Shown here: one piece after another, positions 51,314 through 64,000 of the stretch
Position numbering within the stretch: the first letter of the stretch is position 1
Layout: each line of letters opens with the position of its first letter
Program-made: the position numbers and the translations under genes
Source of the DNA: Nitrospirota bacterium
GTDB taxonomy: Bacteria; Nitrospirota; UBA9217
Direction: 5' to 3'
DNA: 64,000 bases
NCBI GenBank assembly: GCA_963840455.1
Contig: CAWIYV010000011.1
Coordinates: 608,001-672,000, forward strand
Notes under the pieces: generated by a model
The model's database searches: none
Seen by the model: the letters and a program-made list of their open reading frames with translations, nothing else
Told to the model about the DNA's origin: nothing

Positions 51314-52501
51314 ATGGAATTGAGCATCAAGGACGAGAAGAGCGAGGATGCGAAGGCTCGGGCCGAGGCAGGCATTGCTGTTAAGACAAGGAATCAATAC
51401 AACCGCATGGAATGGGCCGGCGCTTTCGGCGACGTCGGAACGCTGATCCCTTTTGTCGTTGCATATATCACGATCGTGAAGATGCCTCCCCTCGGCCTTC
51501 TCTTCATGTTCGGCGTTATGCTGCTCGCGTCCGGACTCTACTACCGAACGCCGCTTCCCATCCAGCCCATGAAGGCCATCGGTGCGGCGGCAATCGCGGG
51601 AGGCATCAGCCCCGCTGCCCTGTACGGTGCAGGCTTTTCGACCGGGCTTTTCTGGCTTCTTGCAGGCATTACCGGAATTCTGCGGCCGATTGCCAAGCTG
51701 GCAACAAAGCCCGTTGTGCGCGGTATCATGCTCGGCCTCGGCCTCACGTTCATGGTTGACGGTGTCAACCGGATGAGAACAGCGCCCGTTCTGGCTGGCA
51801 TCGCCCTGGTCGTCACCTATATTCTCCTCACCAATCCCAAAGTCCCGGCAATGTTCATGCTCCTTATCATCGGCGTTTTGTCCGCGGTGATCATGAACCC
51901 TCAGCTTCTATCAGAACTGGCGAAGATCCACATCGGGTTCAACATGCCGGTGTTCAGCCTTCCGATGATCACCTGGAACGATTTTGTGACCGGCACGTTG
52001 CTTTTCACCCTCCCCCAGATCCCGCTGACCCTCGGCAACGCGGTCATCGCAATTACCGCCGAGAACAACGAACTCTTCCCTGATAGGCCGGTTACGGAGA
52101 AGAAAATTGCAATTTCTCAAGGCATCATGAACCTCATCGCACCCCTCTTTGGCGGCATTCCGATGTGCCACGGCGCCGGCGGCATGGCCGGACATGTCCG
52201 CTTCGGAGCAAGGACCGGCGGAGCACTGGTCATCCTCGGGACTTTGCTGATTTTCATCGCTCTTTTTCTAAGCGATTCTGTCTCCATTATCTTCAAAATA
52301 TTCCCAAACGCGATCCTGGGCGTAATCCTGTTCTTTGCCGGTTCGGAGCTCGCCATCGTTGTAAGAGATATCGGCGACAAGAAGGCCGACTTTTACGTGA
52401 TGCTCGTGGTTGCAGCTGTTGCCATGTGGAATATGGGAGTCGCGTTTCTCGTTGGCGTGATCATGGATAATGCACTCAGAAAAGAGTGGCTTAAGATTTA
52501 G
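51314..52501 (+). CDS. MOT1-family molybdate/sulfate transporter
   Basis: EWAGAFGDVGTLIP, PIQPMKAI, PQIPLTLGNA, PMCHGAGGMAG..FGARTGG. Confidence 0.88.
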   Translation: MELSIKDEKSEDAKARAEAGIAVKTRNQYNRMEWAGAFGDVGTLIPFVVAYITIVKMPPLGLLFMFGVMLLASGLYYRTPLPIQPMKAIGAAAIAGGISPAALYGAGFSTGLFWLLAGITGILRPIAKLATKPVVRGIMLGLGLTFMVDGVNRMRTAPVLAGIALVVTYILLTNPKVPAMFMLLIIGVLSAVIMNPQLLSELAKIHIGFNMPVFSLPMITWNDFVTGTLLFTLPQIPLTLGNAVIAITAENNELFPDRPVTEKKIAISQGIMNLIAPLFGGIPMCHGAGGMAGHVRFGARTGGALVILGTLLIFIALFLSDSVSIIFKIFPNAILGVILFFAGSELAIVVRDIGDKKADFYVMLVVAAVAMWNMGVAFLVGVIMDNALRKEWLKI

Positions 52502-52566
52502 ATTCTTTGATAGCCCCCCGACCGACACACATGCGATTCATATTGGGTAGAATTCCCGAAGGCGCT

Positions 52567-52918
52567 ATTTAATAGTTTGTCCAATCACCTGAATTACAGT
52601 CATTATCAGAAATTCGATTTCTCAAACATACACCCAAAAGTACCCCCAACCATCTAGTCCTAGAAATAAAAAAAGGAGCTAAATCCGTTAAGGACTTAGC
52701 TCTGGTCCCCACCTGTGTTCAATGGAGACTTTCGAAAAAAAACAAATATATCACTGTAAAAACAAATGATTATGGTGGATGCGGCGGGAGTTTAATAGTT
52801 TGTCCAACCGCTCAATATTTCACGATTATTATTCAGCCCTTATATATATGACATACCCCAAATAGATACCCCTGAAATTCTGGATGTCATGATGACCGCA
52901 TTGGACTAATTCGGTCTT
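52567..52918 (-). repeat. att junction J5 (core 52773-52792) preceded by an empty mini-element starting at 52567
   Basis: TGGTGGATGCGGCGGGAGTT; extra right-arm start ATTTAATAGTTTGTCCAA at 52567; hairpin 52676-52703; IHF-like 52760-52772. Confidence 0.87.
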
Positions 52919-52941
52919 AGCCTGCCAGGGAACAAATGCGC

Positions 52942-52998
52942 TTACTTCGGCACCTTGCTCAGCGGAATGCCGAGTGCCTCTGCCACTCCTTTTCCATA
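52942..52998 (-). pseudogene. Possible 3' remnant of a monofunctional catalase
   Basis: YGKGVAEALGIPLSKVPK* resembles the clade-3 catalase C-terminus (DPxYGxxVAxxLG); only 18 aa. Confidence 0.4.
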
Positions 52999-53051
52999 AC
53001 GTTCCGGTTCAGCGGTGGCAGTATGCCGTCCGCTGGAACCGGAGGTCAGTT
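52994..53051 (-). mobile_element. Integron attC-like site (58 bp)
   Basis: Minus strand: AACTGAC-CTCCG-GTTCCAGC-GGACGGCATACTGCCACC-GCTGAAC-CGGAAC-GTTATGG; 5/6-bp spacers, extrahelical base in L'', R'' AAC changed to GAC. Confidence 0.62.
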
Positions 53052-53101
53052 TACTGTTTGTTCCGCCCCGTCAAGAGACCATGCAGACCTGGATGCCACG
53101 A

Positions 53102-55324
<2,223 letters not shown>

Positions 55325-55425
55325 TTACATTGATTTTATTGATCCAACCGGCTCGTGAACGTATCGTGGCGCCGCTCCTCATCAGCGAGAACGTTCTCAA
55401 AGAGAAGCCGCGCCGTCGCGGTGAA

Positions 55426-55836
55426 TCAGCCTGCACGTTTTCGGCGGCAATCTTTACAATATCCATAATATTCGTATCTCATTGCCACGGGTTGAAAATC
55501 CGTCTTCTGCTGTACCTGCGCATATGATAGCGTGATTCCGCCGGGAAGGTCTTCGATCCTGCCGCACCTCTTGCAGATGAGATTGATGTGGTTCGTTGTA
55601 TTGACATCGTACCGATTGTCCCGGTTGTAGAATTCCAGTTCGTGGATGAAGCCCTCTTTTTTCAGAATGTCGAGAGTTAAATAAACTGTGGACATGCTGA
55701 CGTGCGGCACTGTTTTCCTTATCTTTTTCAATATGTCAGCGGCACCGGGATGCGTCATGTCCTTCGAAAGCAGGTTGATGATCGCTCGTCTCGGCGAGGT
55801 TAGTTTGTAGCCCTTCTCTCTGAGGCTCTTTTGCAA
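55426..55836 (-). CDS. Fur/PerR-family regulator
   Basis: KLTSPR..HPGA..STVY.TL..HINLICKRCG..GYCKDC; directly upstream of katG. Confidence 0.88.
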   Translation of the reverse strand: MQKSLREKGYKLTSPRRAIINLLSKDMTHPGAADILKKIRKTVPHVSMSTVYLTLDILKKEGFIHELEFYNRDNRYDVNTTNHINLICKRCGRIEDLPGGITLSYAQVQQKTDFQPVAMRYEYYGYCKDCRRKRAG

Positions 55837-55883
55837 AACGTTTCAATTTCCTGCGGAGTTGAGGACTGTTTCATAATATACAT

Positions 55884-55938
55884 AATAGGAATGGTTCCGA
55901 ATTAGGTTTAATTATGATTAGTCTGTTCTCTTTGTCAA
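55884..55938 (-). promoter_or_regulatory. Promoter with PerR-like operator
   Basis: TTGACA 55933-55938, CATAAT 55911-55916; imperfect palindrome AATAGGAATGGTTCCGAAT 55884-55902. Confidence 0.5.
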
Positions 55939-56350
55939 GGCATCTTGTCCTAAAAAATATCGTTGATGAAATAATGCGATTACGATAAATCTTCCTTCCC
56001 TCGTATCTTTCCGAAGGCCCCCTATCCGGTCCCAATTCTCAACGTAGGCCCGGATCACGGCCTTCGTCGATAACAATGACCTTGTAGTGTTCGATTCCGA
56101 ACAGAAGCGCTAATCCTTATTGTATCCTCATGAGAAGTGACTTGAGAAGTGACTGTGATACTGCATCTACGGCGATCTGTCAGAAGCCCTATGCGGCGAA
56201 TTCTCAAGAATAGAATACTCATCCGTACAGTTCCCCAATGGCGATATCCATAGCAACCAGTTTTCCGGCGTCCTGGATTTCCCCTTCGAAAACCTTGCGG
56301 CAACCGCATCAGGGAAGGATGACCCTATATCATCGCTTTGTGCGGCTTCT

Positions 56351-57340
56351 GTGACAGAAGGCCGTGAAGTGCTCTTCACCCGATCCACCATCGCGCCCCG
56401 CTATACCTACTACAGACCCGCCGACTCCGCAAGGAACGCCGACCACGCGACGAAGACCGGACCGTTCCAGGTGCTTGGAATCGAGTACGATCACTGGCTG
56501 GGAGACCTTCCGTACGTCCTCATCCAGACCTCAGGGGCCGTGGGAGGAAATACGGACGGATACGCGGAAGTTTTCGCCGGCCTGGGCCTTAAATTGCCCT
56601 TAATAGAAAGACGCGGGTCATTCGCACTCTATATGGACGCAAATGGTGCGGTCGGCGCGGCAGGGGGAGGCAATCTCGACACCGGTAATGGGATGATCAC
56701 CAAGATCTCCTTGGGAGCAATCATCGAAGCAGACCGTAAGTTCGGGCTGTCACTCAGGGTCGGCAAGGCAACTTCGCACGGGACCTTTGAAGCAGATACG
56801 TACGAAACATCGCTCCGTTACTCCTGGGAAGCCGCCTTCCTTGGAGGTCCAGCAAAAGAGCCCGCAACAACCGTTCACGATGTTAAAATCAGCGAATGGC
56901 GCATTCGATATGCTGTCCAGCAGTATTATAACGCAACATCCAAGGACGGCATCGAGCAGAATATCTCCCTTCTGGGTGTGAAGCTCGATAAGATCATAAA
57001 TGGTACGCAGTTCTACATTACCGGGCAGGCCTATAGCGCTGTTCTCGGCAATGCGGGCGGATATTCCGCAGGGTTCATGGGCATTGGATACGAGACGCAG
57101 CCGATATTTACGGAGAGGACCAGGGCGTTCATTGAACTGCTCGGCGGCGCCGGCGGCGGGGGAGGAATCGATACGGGAGGCGGAACGATCGTCCATGGCG
57201 CAGGGGGCCTCCGATACGAGATCACGCAGAATCTAGGGCTCGAGCTCGAAATAGGGCACATCAGTGCGCTGAGCGGCGAATTGAACAGCGTAACCAGCGG
57301 AAGAAGCATGACCTATCGGTCCTGGTCATTCATTCGTTAG
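56351..57340 (+). CDS. Outer-membrane beta-barrel-like protein, two internal repeats, probably 5'-truncated
   Basis: Two SAVxGNxxGY..GAxGGG..DTGxG repeats; alternating beta-strand pattern; no signal peptide or clear start. Confidence 0.55.
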   Translation: MTEGREVLFTRSTIAPRYTYYRPADSARNADHATKTGPFQVLGIEYDHWLGDLPYVLIQTSGAVGGNTDGYAEVFAGLGLKLPLIERRGSFALYMDANGAVGAAGGGNLDTGNGMITKISLGAIIEADRKFGLSLRVGKATSHGTFEADTYETSLRYSWEAAFLGGPAKEPATTVHDVKISEWRIRYAVQQYYNATSKDGIEQNISLLGVKLDKIINGTQFYITGQAYSAVLGNAGGYSAGFMGIGYETQPIFTERTRAFIELLGGAGGGGGIDTGGGTIVHGAGGLRYEITQNLGLELEIGHISALSGELNSVTSGRSMTYRSWSFIR

Positions 57341-57551
57341 CCGCTTTTTTTTAAAACACCCCCTCGACATCAACTTCATTTCACTTTCCACTTCACACCA
57401 CGAACGCATTAAGTCTATCCGCGCGGTGAAGCCAAAAAAAATAAAGCAAATTGATCCCCTTTGGCATAGATTTGCTTAAATTGTCACATTATGCCCTGCA
57501 ATATCGAACAGGTTGAGGGATACGTCACGGAGGGGATCGAGAAGAGGATGC

Positions 57552-57947
57552 TTAGGACAGCGGCCACGTTTCAATGCGCAACCCTTCAATGTGCACAAAA
57601 TGCTTCTTGTTGCCCGTTACCAGAACCGCTTTATGCGCAATCGCCGTTGCCGCGATAAGAGCGTCAACCTCTCCGGTCGGCTTGCCGATGCTTCTCAGTC
57701 TGCTTTTGATCGACCCGAACGCGTCGGCGCATTCCAGATCGAAGGGTATCGATTGGACAACATCCAGCAGTCTGGTCAGTTTATCAAGATTGCGCGATGC
57801 ATTCTGCGACGCCTTCGCACCATAATTCAACTCAGCCACAACCAAGGCGCTTACAGCGACTTTATCGATATTGCCCGCAATCCGGTCCAAGACCGATTTG
57901 TTCCCGTTCAAAAAAGCTATGACGACATTCGTATCCAGGAGAATCAT
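57552..57947 (-). CDS. vapC: VapC PIN-domain toxin
   Basis: MILLDTNVVI..VAELNYG..DALIAATA...LVTGN.KHF. Confidence 0.92.
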   Translation of the reverse strand: MILLDTNVVIAFLNGNKSVLDRIAGNIDKVAVSALVVAELNYGAKASQNASRNLDKLTRLLDVVQSIPFDLECADAFGSIKSRLRSIGKPTGEVDALIAATAIAHKAVLVTGNKKHFVHIEGLRIETWPLS

Positions 57948-58186
57948 GCAAAGCTAACCTCTCTGCCCTGATACTGATGCCGTTCCTTCTCGATCTCTTC
58001 GAAGATCGGCACGATCGTGGCATCATCTGCCCATGCGCCGCAGAGCGATGATATGATCTTCCGCTTTTCGGCAACCTTCAAGGCGGGTTCGATCTTGACG
58101 ATCACCTTTGTACCTTCGGGAATTTTTACTTTTTTAGGAAGGCGAATCATACCTTTTACTATTTTGCTCGTTACCGTGAATACCAT
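57944..58186 (-). CDS. Putative antitoxin (AF2212/DUF104-like)
   Basis: RBS plus ATG 58186, 80 aa, G.IRLPKKVKIPEGTKVIV; 4-bp overlap with vapC. Confidence 0.72.
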   Translation of the reverse strand: MVFTVTSKIVKGMIRLPKKVKIPEGTKVIVKIEPALKVAEKRKIISSLCGAWADDATIVPIFEEIEKERHQYQGREVSFA

Positions 58187-58291
58187 AGCACACCTCCCCT
58201 GAGACGCCAAAGAACCTCTATACGACAGCAAATACATCCATAAAATAGCATGGTCAATGTTATATGACAAGTGACATCTCATATATGAATA

Positions 58292-58540
58292 CAAAAAAGA
58301 GCTGATTCCTAATTGAAATTAGCTCAAAAGGTCGCAGGTATTCGTATAAACATACGCAAAATACCAAGGAATATCGTGCAATATCAATGACTTCCTAAAT
58401 GGTGGAGGCGGCGGGAATTTAATAGTTTGTCCAACCCCTCGATATTACGGGATTATTTTTTCGTAATATTACGACATACCCCGAATTAATACCCATAAAA
58501 TGCTGGATGTCATAAGCTCTAGATGGATTAATTCGGACTT
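58292..58540 (-). repeat. att junction J6: core 58400-58419 with conserved arms
   Basis: Hairpin 58299-58325, IHF-like TATCAATGACTTC 58382-58394, exact core, CATACCCCGAATTAATACCC arm. Confidence 0.88.
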
Positions 58541-58821
58541 CTTAAGACATCAACTTTATATGCTACTATTTTTATAGCCTTCAGCTTGACCCGATTCAAG
58601 AAGGACCATTCACTGCATGTTTCTATCGATATAATTCAGCTCTGGAAGATTCTGGCTCTGTGAAGAACACCTACAAGAGTGGAATAGACGATTAATCAAC
58701 AGTAGTGCTGTCTTCTGGTTGTAACTTGACCTATCAGCATTGTGACCTACACCTACAAACATTGGTTGGCATCTAAGCAGAAAATTAACAATTTCCTGTG
58801 GTAATAAATCGTCTCTTCATA

Positions 58822-61800
58822 TCACTTTCCCTCTGTGGCTGTGGCAACAGTAGGCGCTGCTGCTTGCGGTTTATATTTTCCCCGGCCGAAAAGACGAGAG
58901 ACTAGGACGAAGAAAAACGGAATAAAGATCAGGTCAATGAAGGTGGCCGAAAGAAGCCCGCCGGTTACTGCTGTGCCAATCGCGTTCTGCGCTGCGGCCC
59001 CGGCACCTCTGGTAAGGGCTAGCGGCAGGGTGCCGAAGAAGAAAGCCAAAGAGGTCATGATGACTGGCCGAAGCCTGATCTTCACCGCCATCAGGGTAGC
59101 CTCTATCAGTTCATGGCCCTGATGCAGCTGCGCCTTGATAAATTGGATAATAAGAATGGCGTTCTTTGTGGAAAGGCCCACGGTGGTGAGCAGGCCGATC
59201 TGGAGATAAACATCGTTCGGCAGCATCCGCAGCGTAACCGCAGTGACCGCTCCAACCAACCCCAGCGGAAGCATAAGCAGGTTTACGAAGGGGATTGTCC
59301 AGCTCTCATACAGCGCTGCCACAGAGAGAAACACTACCAGCAATGAGATCGCATAGAGCGCCGGCGCCTGTGCCCCGGCATTCTTTTCTTCATAGGAGAG
59401 GCCGGTCCACTCGTACCCGATCCCGACTGGCAGTTCGGCAGCCATTGCCTCAATCTCGGTCATCGCTTCACCGGTGCTTATTCCCGGCGCTGCCTGTCCC
59501 AGTATCTCCATAGACGGGATGCCGTTATAACGTTCCAGACGGGGCGAGCCGTACAGCCATCGTCCAGTTGCGAAAGCTGAAAACGGCACCATGTCGCCGT
59601 TTTTGTTGTTGACATACCACCTATAAATGTCCTCCGGCAGCATCCGGTATCTGGCATCCGACTGGAGATAAACTTTTTTGACCCGTCCATTCTGTATGAA
59701 GTCGTTAACATAAGAGCTTCCCCAGGCTGTTGACAGGGTGTTGTTGATATCCGTCAGCGACACTCCCTGGGCGCCGGCCCGCACATCATCTATGTCGAGC
59801 TTGAATTGGGGCGCGTCATCCTGACCATTGGGGCGTACTGCGACCAGCTTGGGATTTTTCATAGCCATGCCCAGAAGTTGGTTGCGTGCTTCTATAAGCT
59901 TTTCATGTCCCAGGCCGCTCCGATCCTGCAGCTGGAAGTCAAAACCGTTGGCCACACCCAATTCAAGCACCGCCGGTGGAGAAAAGGCGAAGGCCAGACC
60001 GTCACGGAATTGCGAAAACGCCTTCATTGCCCGTCCGGCAATAGCCGGAGCCTTCAAGTCCGGGGTCTTACGCAGTTTCCAGTCCTTGAGTCTCACAAAT
60101 GCCAGCCCCATGTTCTGGCCACGGCCGGCAAAACTGAATCCGGTTACCGTGATCACACCTTTCACCGTACTGGTCTCCTGTTCAAGAAAATGTTTCTCCA
60201 GCTGCCGTATCACCTGGATGGTCCGCTCCATTGTAGCTCCGGCAGGCAGCTGGACCTGGCAAATGATGAATCCCTGATCCTCATCAGGAAGAAAGGCGGT
60301 GGGAAGCCTCAGGAACAGGAACCCCATGGCAATAACGAAAGTGCCGTATATTATCAGGTAGCGCACCGGTTTTTTGAAGGAGCTGCCTACGATTCGTTCG
60401 TACTGTGCTCTGCTGCGTTCAAACAAATTGTTGAACCGGCGAAAGAACCACCTGAACCAGCTGGATTCCCCGAAGTGATGCCCCTTTTCCATCGGCTTGA
60501 GCAGAGTAGCGCAGAGCGCGGGGGTCAGTATCATCGCCACCAGCACCGAGAGAATCATGGCGGAGATGATGGTGATGGAGAACTGACGATAGATGACGCC
60601 GGTGGAACCGCCAAAGAAAGCCATCGGCAAAAAGACTGCGGTCAGTACCGTGGCTATTCCCCAGAGTGCACTGGTGATCTGTCCCATGGATTTGATGGTA
60701 GCATCGTGAGGTGACAACCCTTCCTCGGACATGATCCGTTCCACGTTCTCCACCACCACAATGGCGTCGTCCACCAGCAGTCCGATGACAATTACCAGAG
60801 CAAACATCGTTAGTGTGTTGATCGAAAAACCGGCAGCTGCCAGGATCCCCATGGTGCCCAGCAGAACCACCGGCACCGCGATGGTCGGGATCAGGGTGGC
60901 CCGGATATTCTGCAGAAAGATGAACATGATGATAAAGACGAGGAAGACCGCTTCTATCAGGGTCTGGACAACTTCCTCGATCGAGATCTTGATGAAGGGT
61001 GTGCTGTCGTAGGGGTAGACAACCTTCATGCCGTGAGGGAAGTACTTGGACAATTCTTCCATCTTGGCCCGAACTCGATTGCCTGTTTCGAGGGCATTGG
61101 CCCCGGATGCCAGCCTGAGGGCCATGCCTCCTAACGGTTCCCCATTGTAGAAAGACTGAATATCGTAATTCTCCGTGCCGATCTTGGTCTCGGCCACATC
61201 CTTGAGCCTCACGGTCGAGCCGTCACTATTCGTGCGAAGGATAATGGCATCGAACTGATCCGTTGTCTGGAGCAGGGTACGGGCCGTTATGGTGGCGTTC
61301 AGTTGCTGGCCCGGGGTGGCGGGCGTACCGCCGAACTGTCCAGCCGATATCTGGGCATTCTGCGCCTGCAACGCCGCAATCACATCGTTGGCGGTCAGGT
61401 GGAAGTTATGCAGCTTGGCCGGGTTGAGCCAGATCCGCATGGCATTCTGGGTGCCGAACAGCAAGAGTTCACCTACCCCATCCAGACGGCTGATGATATC
61501 CTGAAGGTTGGAGACCATGTAGTCGGTCAGGGCGTTCCGGTCCATGCTCCCGTCTTCCGATACGAGCCCGACAATCAGCAGAAAGTTCCTGGTGGATTTT
61601 ACTACTGATATGCCTTGCCGTTGCACGATTTGGGGCAGAAGCGGCACAGCCAGTTGCAGCTTGTTCTGCACCTGGACCTGGGCGATATTCGGGTCGGTTC
61701 CCGCCTTGAAGGTCAGGGTGATGGCCACAGCTCCTGAAGAGTCGCTGGTGGACGACATGTAGATCAGATTGTCAATGCCATTGAGTTTCTGTTCGATCGT

Positions 61801-61989
61801 CTGGGTGACCGTGTCTTGGACGGTCTGGGCCGAAGCGCCCGGATACACGGCATTGATGGCGATCTGCGGCGGCGCGATGGGCGGGTACTGAGAGACCGGC
61901 AGCGTTTTTATCGCCAGGAGGCCAGCCAGCATGATCATGATGGCTATCACCACGGCAAAGATAGGACGATTTATAAAAAATTTCGGCAT
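58822..61989 (-). CDS. acrB: AcrB/MexB-family multidrug RND transporter
   Basis: [52 protein letters not shown]. Confidence 0.95.
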   Translation of the reverse strand: MPKFFINRPIFAVVIAIMIMLAGLLAIKTLPVSQYPPIAPPQIAINAVYPGASAQTVQDTVTQTIEQKLNGIDNLIYMSSTSDSSGAVAITLTFKAGTDPNIAQVQVQNKLQLAVPLLPQIVQRQGISVVKSTRNFLLIVGLVSEDGSMDRNALTDYMVSNLQDIISRLDGVGELLLFGTQNAMRIWLNPAKLHNFHLTANDVIAALQAQNAQISAGQFGGTPATPGQQLNATITARTLLQTTDQFDAIILRTNSDGSTVRLKDVAETKIGTENYDIQSFYNGEPLGGMALRLASGANALETGNRVRAKMEELSKYFPHGMKVVYPYDSTPFIKISIEEVVQTLIEAVFLVFIIMFIFLQNIRATLIPTIAVPVVLLGTMGILAAAGFSINTLTMFALVIVIGLLVDDAIVVVENVERIMSEEGLSPHDATIKSMGQITSALWGIATVLTAVFLPMAFFGGSTGVIYRQFSITIISAMILSVLVAMILTPALCATLLKPMEKGHHFGESSWFRWFFRRFNNLFERSRAQYERIVGSSFKKPVRYLIIYGTFVIAMGFLFLRLPTAFLPDEDQGFIICQVQLPAGATMERTIQVIRQLEKHFLEQETSTVKGVITVTGFSFAGRGQNMGLAFVRLKDWKLRKTPDLKAPAIAGRAMKAFSQFRDGLAFAFSPPAVLELGVANGFDFQLQDRSGLGHEKLIEARNQLLGMAMKNPKLVAVRPNGQDDAPQFKLDIDDVRAGAQGVSLTDINNTLSTAWGSSYVNDFIQNGRVKKVYLQSDARYRMLPEDIYRWYVNNKNGDMVPFSAFATGRWLYGSPRLERYNGIPSMEILGQAAPGISTGEAMTEIEAMAAELPVGIGYEWTGLSYEEKNAGAQAPALYAISLLVVFLSVAALYESWTIPFVNLLMLPLGLVGAVTAVTLRMLPNDVYLQIGLLTTVGLSTKNAILIIQFIKAQLHQGHELIEATLMAVKIRLRPVIMTSLAFFFGTLPLALTRGAGAAAQNAIGTAVTGGLLSATFIDLIFIPFFFVLVSRLFGRGKYKPQAAAPTVATATEGK

Positions 61990-62000
61990 AACGGTTTCCT

Positions 62001-63224
62001 TTATTTATTAGCTGATGCCGCTTTCGGATCACCGGCCGGAGCTGCGCCTGTTTTGCTGCCGAACTCCACGGCCTTGACCGGGGTTCCCGGCCTCGCCTTC
62101 TGCAGTCCTTCAACGATGACACGGTCACCTGCCTTCAGTCCTTCGCTGACCAGCCAGTTGTCGCCCACCGTTCGCACGACCTTTATGGAACGCGTCTCCA
62201 CCTTCTCTTCGCCATTGACCACCATCACCATTGCATTGCCGTCGGGGCTGCGGGTGACGCCTCGCTGGGGAACGAGAATAGCTTGTTCGTTGACCCCTTC
62301 ATCCAGAATAGCTCTGACAAACATGCCTGGGAGCAGGATCTGTTTCGGGTTTGGGAAGATCGCCCGCAGGGTAATGGAGCCGGTGCTCTGGTCAACAGTG
62401 ACGTCCGAAAATTTCAGAGTGCCCGACAACGAATAGGCGCTGCCATCCTCCAGCACCAGCTTGACCCGCGCCTGGTCTGTCGTGCTGTTTTTCAGCAGGC
62501 CGCTGGCCAGATTCTGCTTCAGATGGAGCAACTCGGCGCTCGACTGGGTGACATCCACATACATGGAACTGAGCAGCTGAATGGTGGCCAGGGCCGCTGG
62601 CTGGTTGGCGGTCACCAGTGCCCCGTCGGTCACAGTAGAGCGGCCGATCCTGCCGGAAATGGGAGCGGTTATCCTGGTATAGGCCAGATTGATCCGGGCG
62701 GTCTCGAGTGCCGCTTTGCCGGCCTCGATGTCTGCCTCAGCCAGCTTGAATGCTGCATTCAAATCGTCGTAATCCTGCTTACTGACAAAATTATTTTTAA
62801 CAAGTTCACGATATCGCTCGGCTTTAAGCCTGGCGTTAATGACATTGGCTTCAGCTCTGGCAAGTGAAGCCTTCGCACTGTTGTAGGCTGCCTGGTACGT
62901 AGCCGGGTCAATCTGGTAAAGAATCTCGCCCGCCTTGACATCCGAACCCTCAGTAAACAGACGTTTTTGGACGATGCCACCTACCTGCGGCCGCACTTCG
63001 GCAATAAGATAAGCCGAGGTACGACCGGGAAGCTCTGTGGTAAGTGTAACACGCTGCGGCTGCACAACGATGACCCCGACTTCAGGAGGGGTGCTACGAG
63101 ACTTCCCGACTGTGGTATTCTTTTTTTCGCAACTCGTTAAAATCATGCCTGCGATGAGGATAAGCAGAATAGTGATCAAGTTAGCTAAGCCCTTGGTTAG
63201 CTTATACAACTCTTCCAATTTCAT
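62001..63224 (-). CDS. acrA: AcrA/MexA-family periplasmic adaptor lipoprotein
   Basis: Lipobox LTSC; [35 protein letters not shown]. Confidence 0.93.
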   Translation of the reverse strand: MKLEELYKLTKGLANLITILLILIAGMILTSCEKKNTTVGKSRSTPPEVGVIVVQPQRVTLTTELPGRTSAYLIAEVRPQVGGIVQKRLFTEGSDVKAGEILYQIDPATYQAAYNSAKASLARAEANVINARLKAERYRELVKNNFVSKQDYDDLNAAFKLAEADIEAGKAALETARINLAYTRITAPISGRIGRSTVTDGALVTANQPAALATIQLLSSMYVDVTQSSAELLHLKQNLASGLLKNSTTDQARVKLVLEDGSAYSLSGTLKFSDVTVDQSTGSITLRAIFPNPKQILLPGMFVRAILDEGVNEQAILVPQRGVTRSPDGNAMVMVVNGEEKVETRSIKVVRTVGDNWLVSEGLKAGDRVIVEGLQKARPGTPVKAVEFGSKTGAAPAGDPKAASANK

Positions 63225-63539
63225 CTTCGATTTCTCCTGTATCTATAAAATGTAAAGATGGTAGCGTTGTAAAAGAGCTATGGTAGCAATAAACAGTGAA
63301 AAATGATCCCATCCAATCTTGATAGTATCAGTTAATACTTAGCACTTTTCCCGGGTACGATTACTACTAAATATAGCAGCACTGGGAACGTCTAGCCGAA
63401 TAATATTAAGGCTTAAGTTGTATAACAGTATTCGACTGTCACGACTTCCTTGACTGCCAATTCCTTACTATCATTTTTTTATAGTATACTTGAATACAGA
63501 TTCGTAAATCAGGAAGAACTTCACATCGGGAGGCCAACA

Positions 63540-64000
63540 ATGAACAAGAAAAGCAAATATTCCGCGCTCCTCCGCTACTATGTTGTTTTTCACGCAGCAG
63601 TTTTGCTCACGGCAATTTTATCTGTAGCCAGTATTGCATCAGCTAAGGAAAAGATCATCCCGCAGGAATCGATAAAAACACTCGGCAAATTAAGTGAAGC
63701 GCTGTCCGAGGTCGCCGATGTTGTGCGGCCTGCGGTCGTGAACATATCCACGACCTCGGTAGAGACCATGGAGGACAACCCCCTCGGCGATATGTTCAAC
63801 GACCCATTTTTTAGACACTTTTTCGGCGACCAGCCCGGCGGCGGGCATCCAGGACAGAAGCGAAAATTTAAATCATCAGCCCTCGGCTCCGGTGTAATCG
63901 TATCTGAGCAGGGATATATTTTGACGAACAATCACGTCGTAAAGGGCGCGGATGAGATCAAGGTCATCCTCTACGACAAGCGTCAATTCAAGGGCAAAGT
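63540..64000 (+). CDS. DegP/DegQ (HtrA) serine protease (runs off right edge)
   Basis: RBS GGAGG plus ATG 63540; VRPAVVNIST..DPFFRHFFG..ALGSGVIVSEQGYILTNNHVV. Confidence 0.92.
   Translation, partial: MNKKSKYSALLRYYVVFHAAVLLTAILSVASIASAKEKIIPQESIKTLGKLSEALSEVADVVRPAVVNISTTSVETMEDNPLGDMFNDPFFRHFFGDQPGGGHPGQKRKFKSSALGSGVIVSEQGYILTNNHVVKGADEIKVILYDKRQFKGK

Noticed and set aside
56131-56154. 12-bp tandem repeat TGAGAAGTGACT x2
   Set aside because: Only two units and no context; likely slippage.

Overview
Bacterial accessory region of moderately high GC. The Sec-type UGA, the OmcS-like remnant and the deltaproteobacterial-type PerR box suggest an anaerobe such as Nitrospirota or Desulfobacterota; this is inference only. 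The main hidden structure is six same-orientation copies of a 20-nt tmRNA(ssrA)-like 3' end (TGGTGGAGGCGGCGGGAATT on +, cores at 10819, 13401, 40601, 48349, 52773 and 58400). Most copies sit in a conserved ~250-350 bp attP-like junction made of a terminator hairpin, an IHF-like site, the core and paired TACCCC arm-type repeats. The junctions split the window into coherent cargo modules: (1) arsenic operon with arsM/acr3/arsR, a probable selenoprotein, an omcS-like pseudogene, an SLT gene and a Kelch lipoprotein; (2) AsmA; (3) a 27-kb Agl/Glt-like ExbBD-TonB-TPR cluster with an OmpA/beta-barrel protein, a 3077-aa DUF11 adhesin and AraC regulators; (4) CzcCBA plus P-II; (5) porin-mop-molybdate transporter; (6) perR-katG plus vapBC; (7) acrAB and degP. 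No integrase or transposase is visible, so the region looks like an integron-like tandem array of non-autonomous, tmRNA-targeted integrative cassettes, including an apparently empty ~225-bp mini-cassette. All protein identifications come from motif recognition by eye, not database searches.
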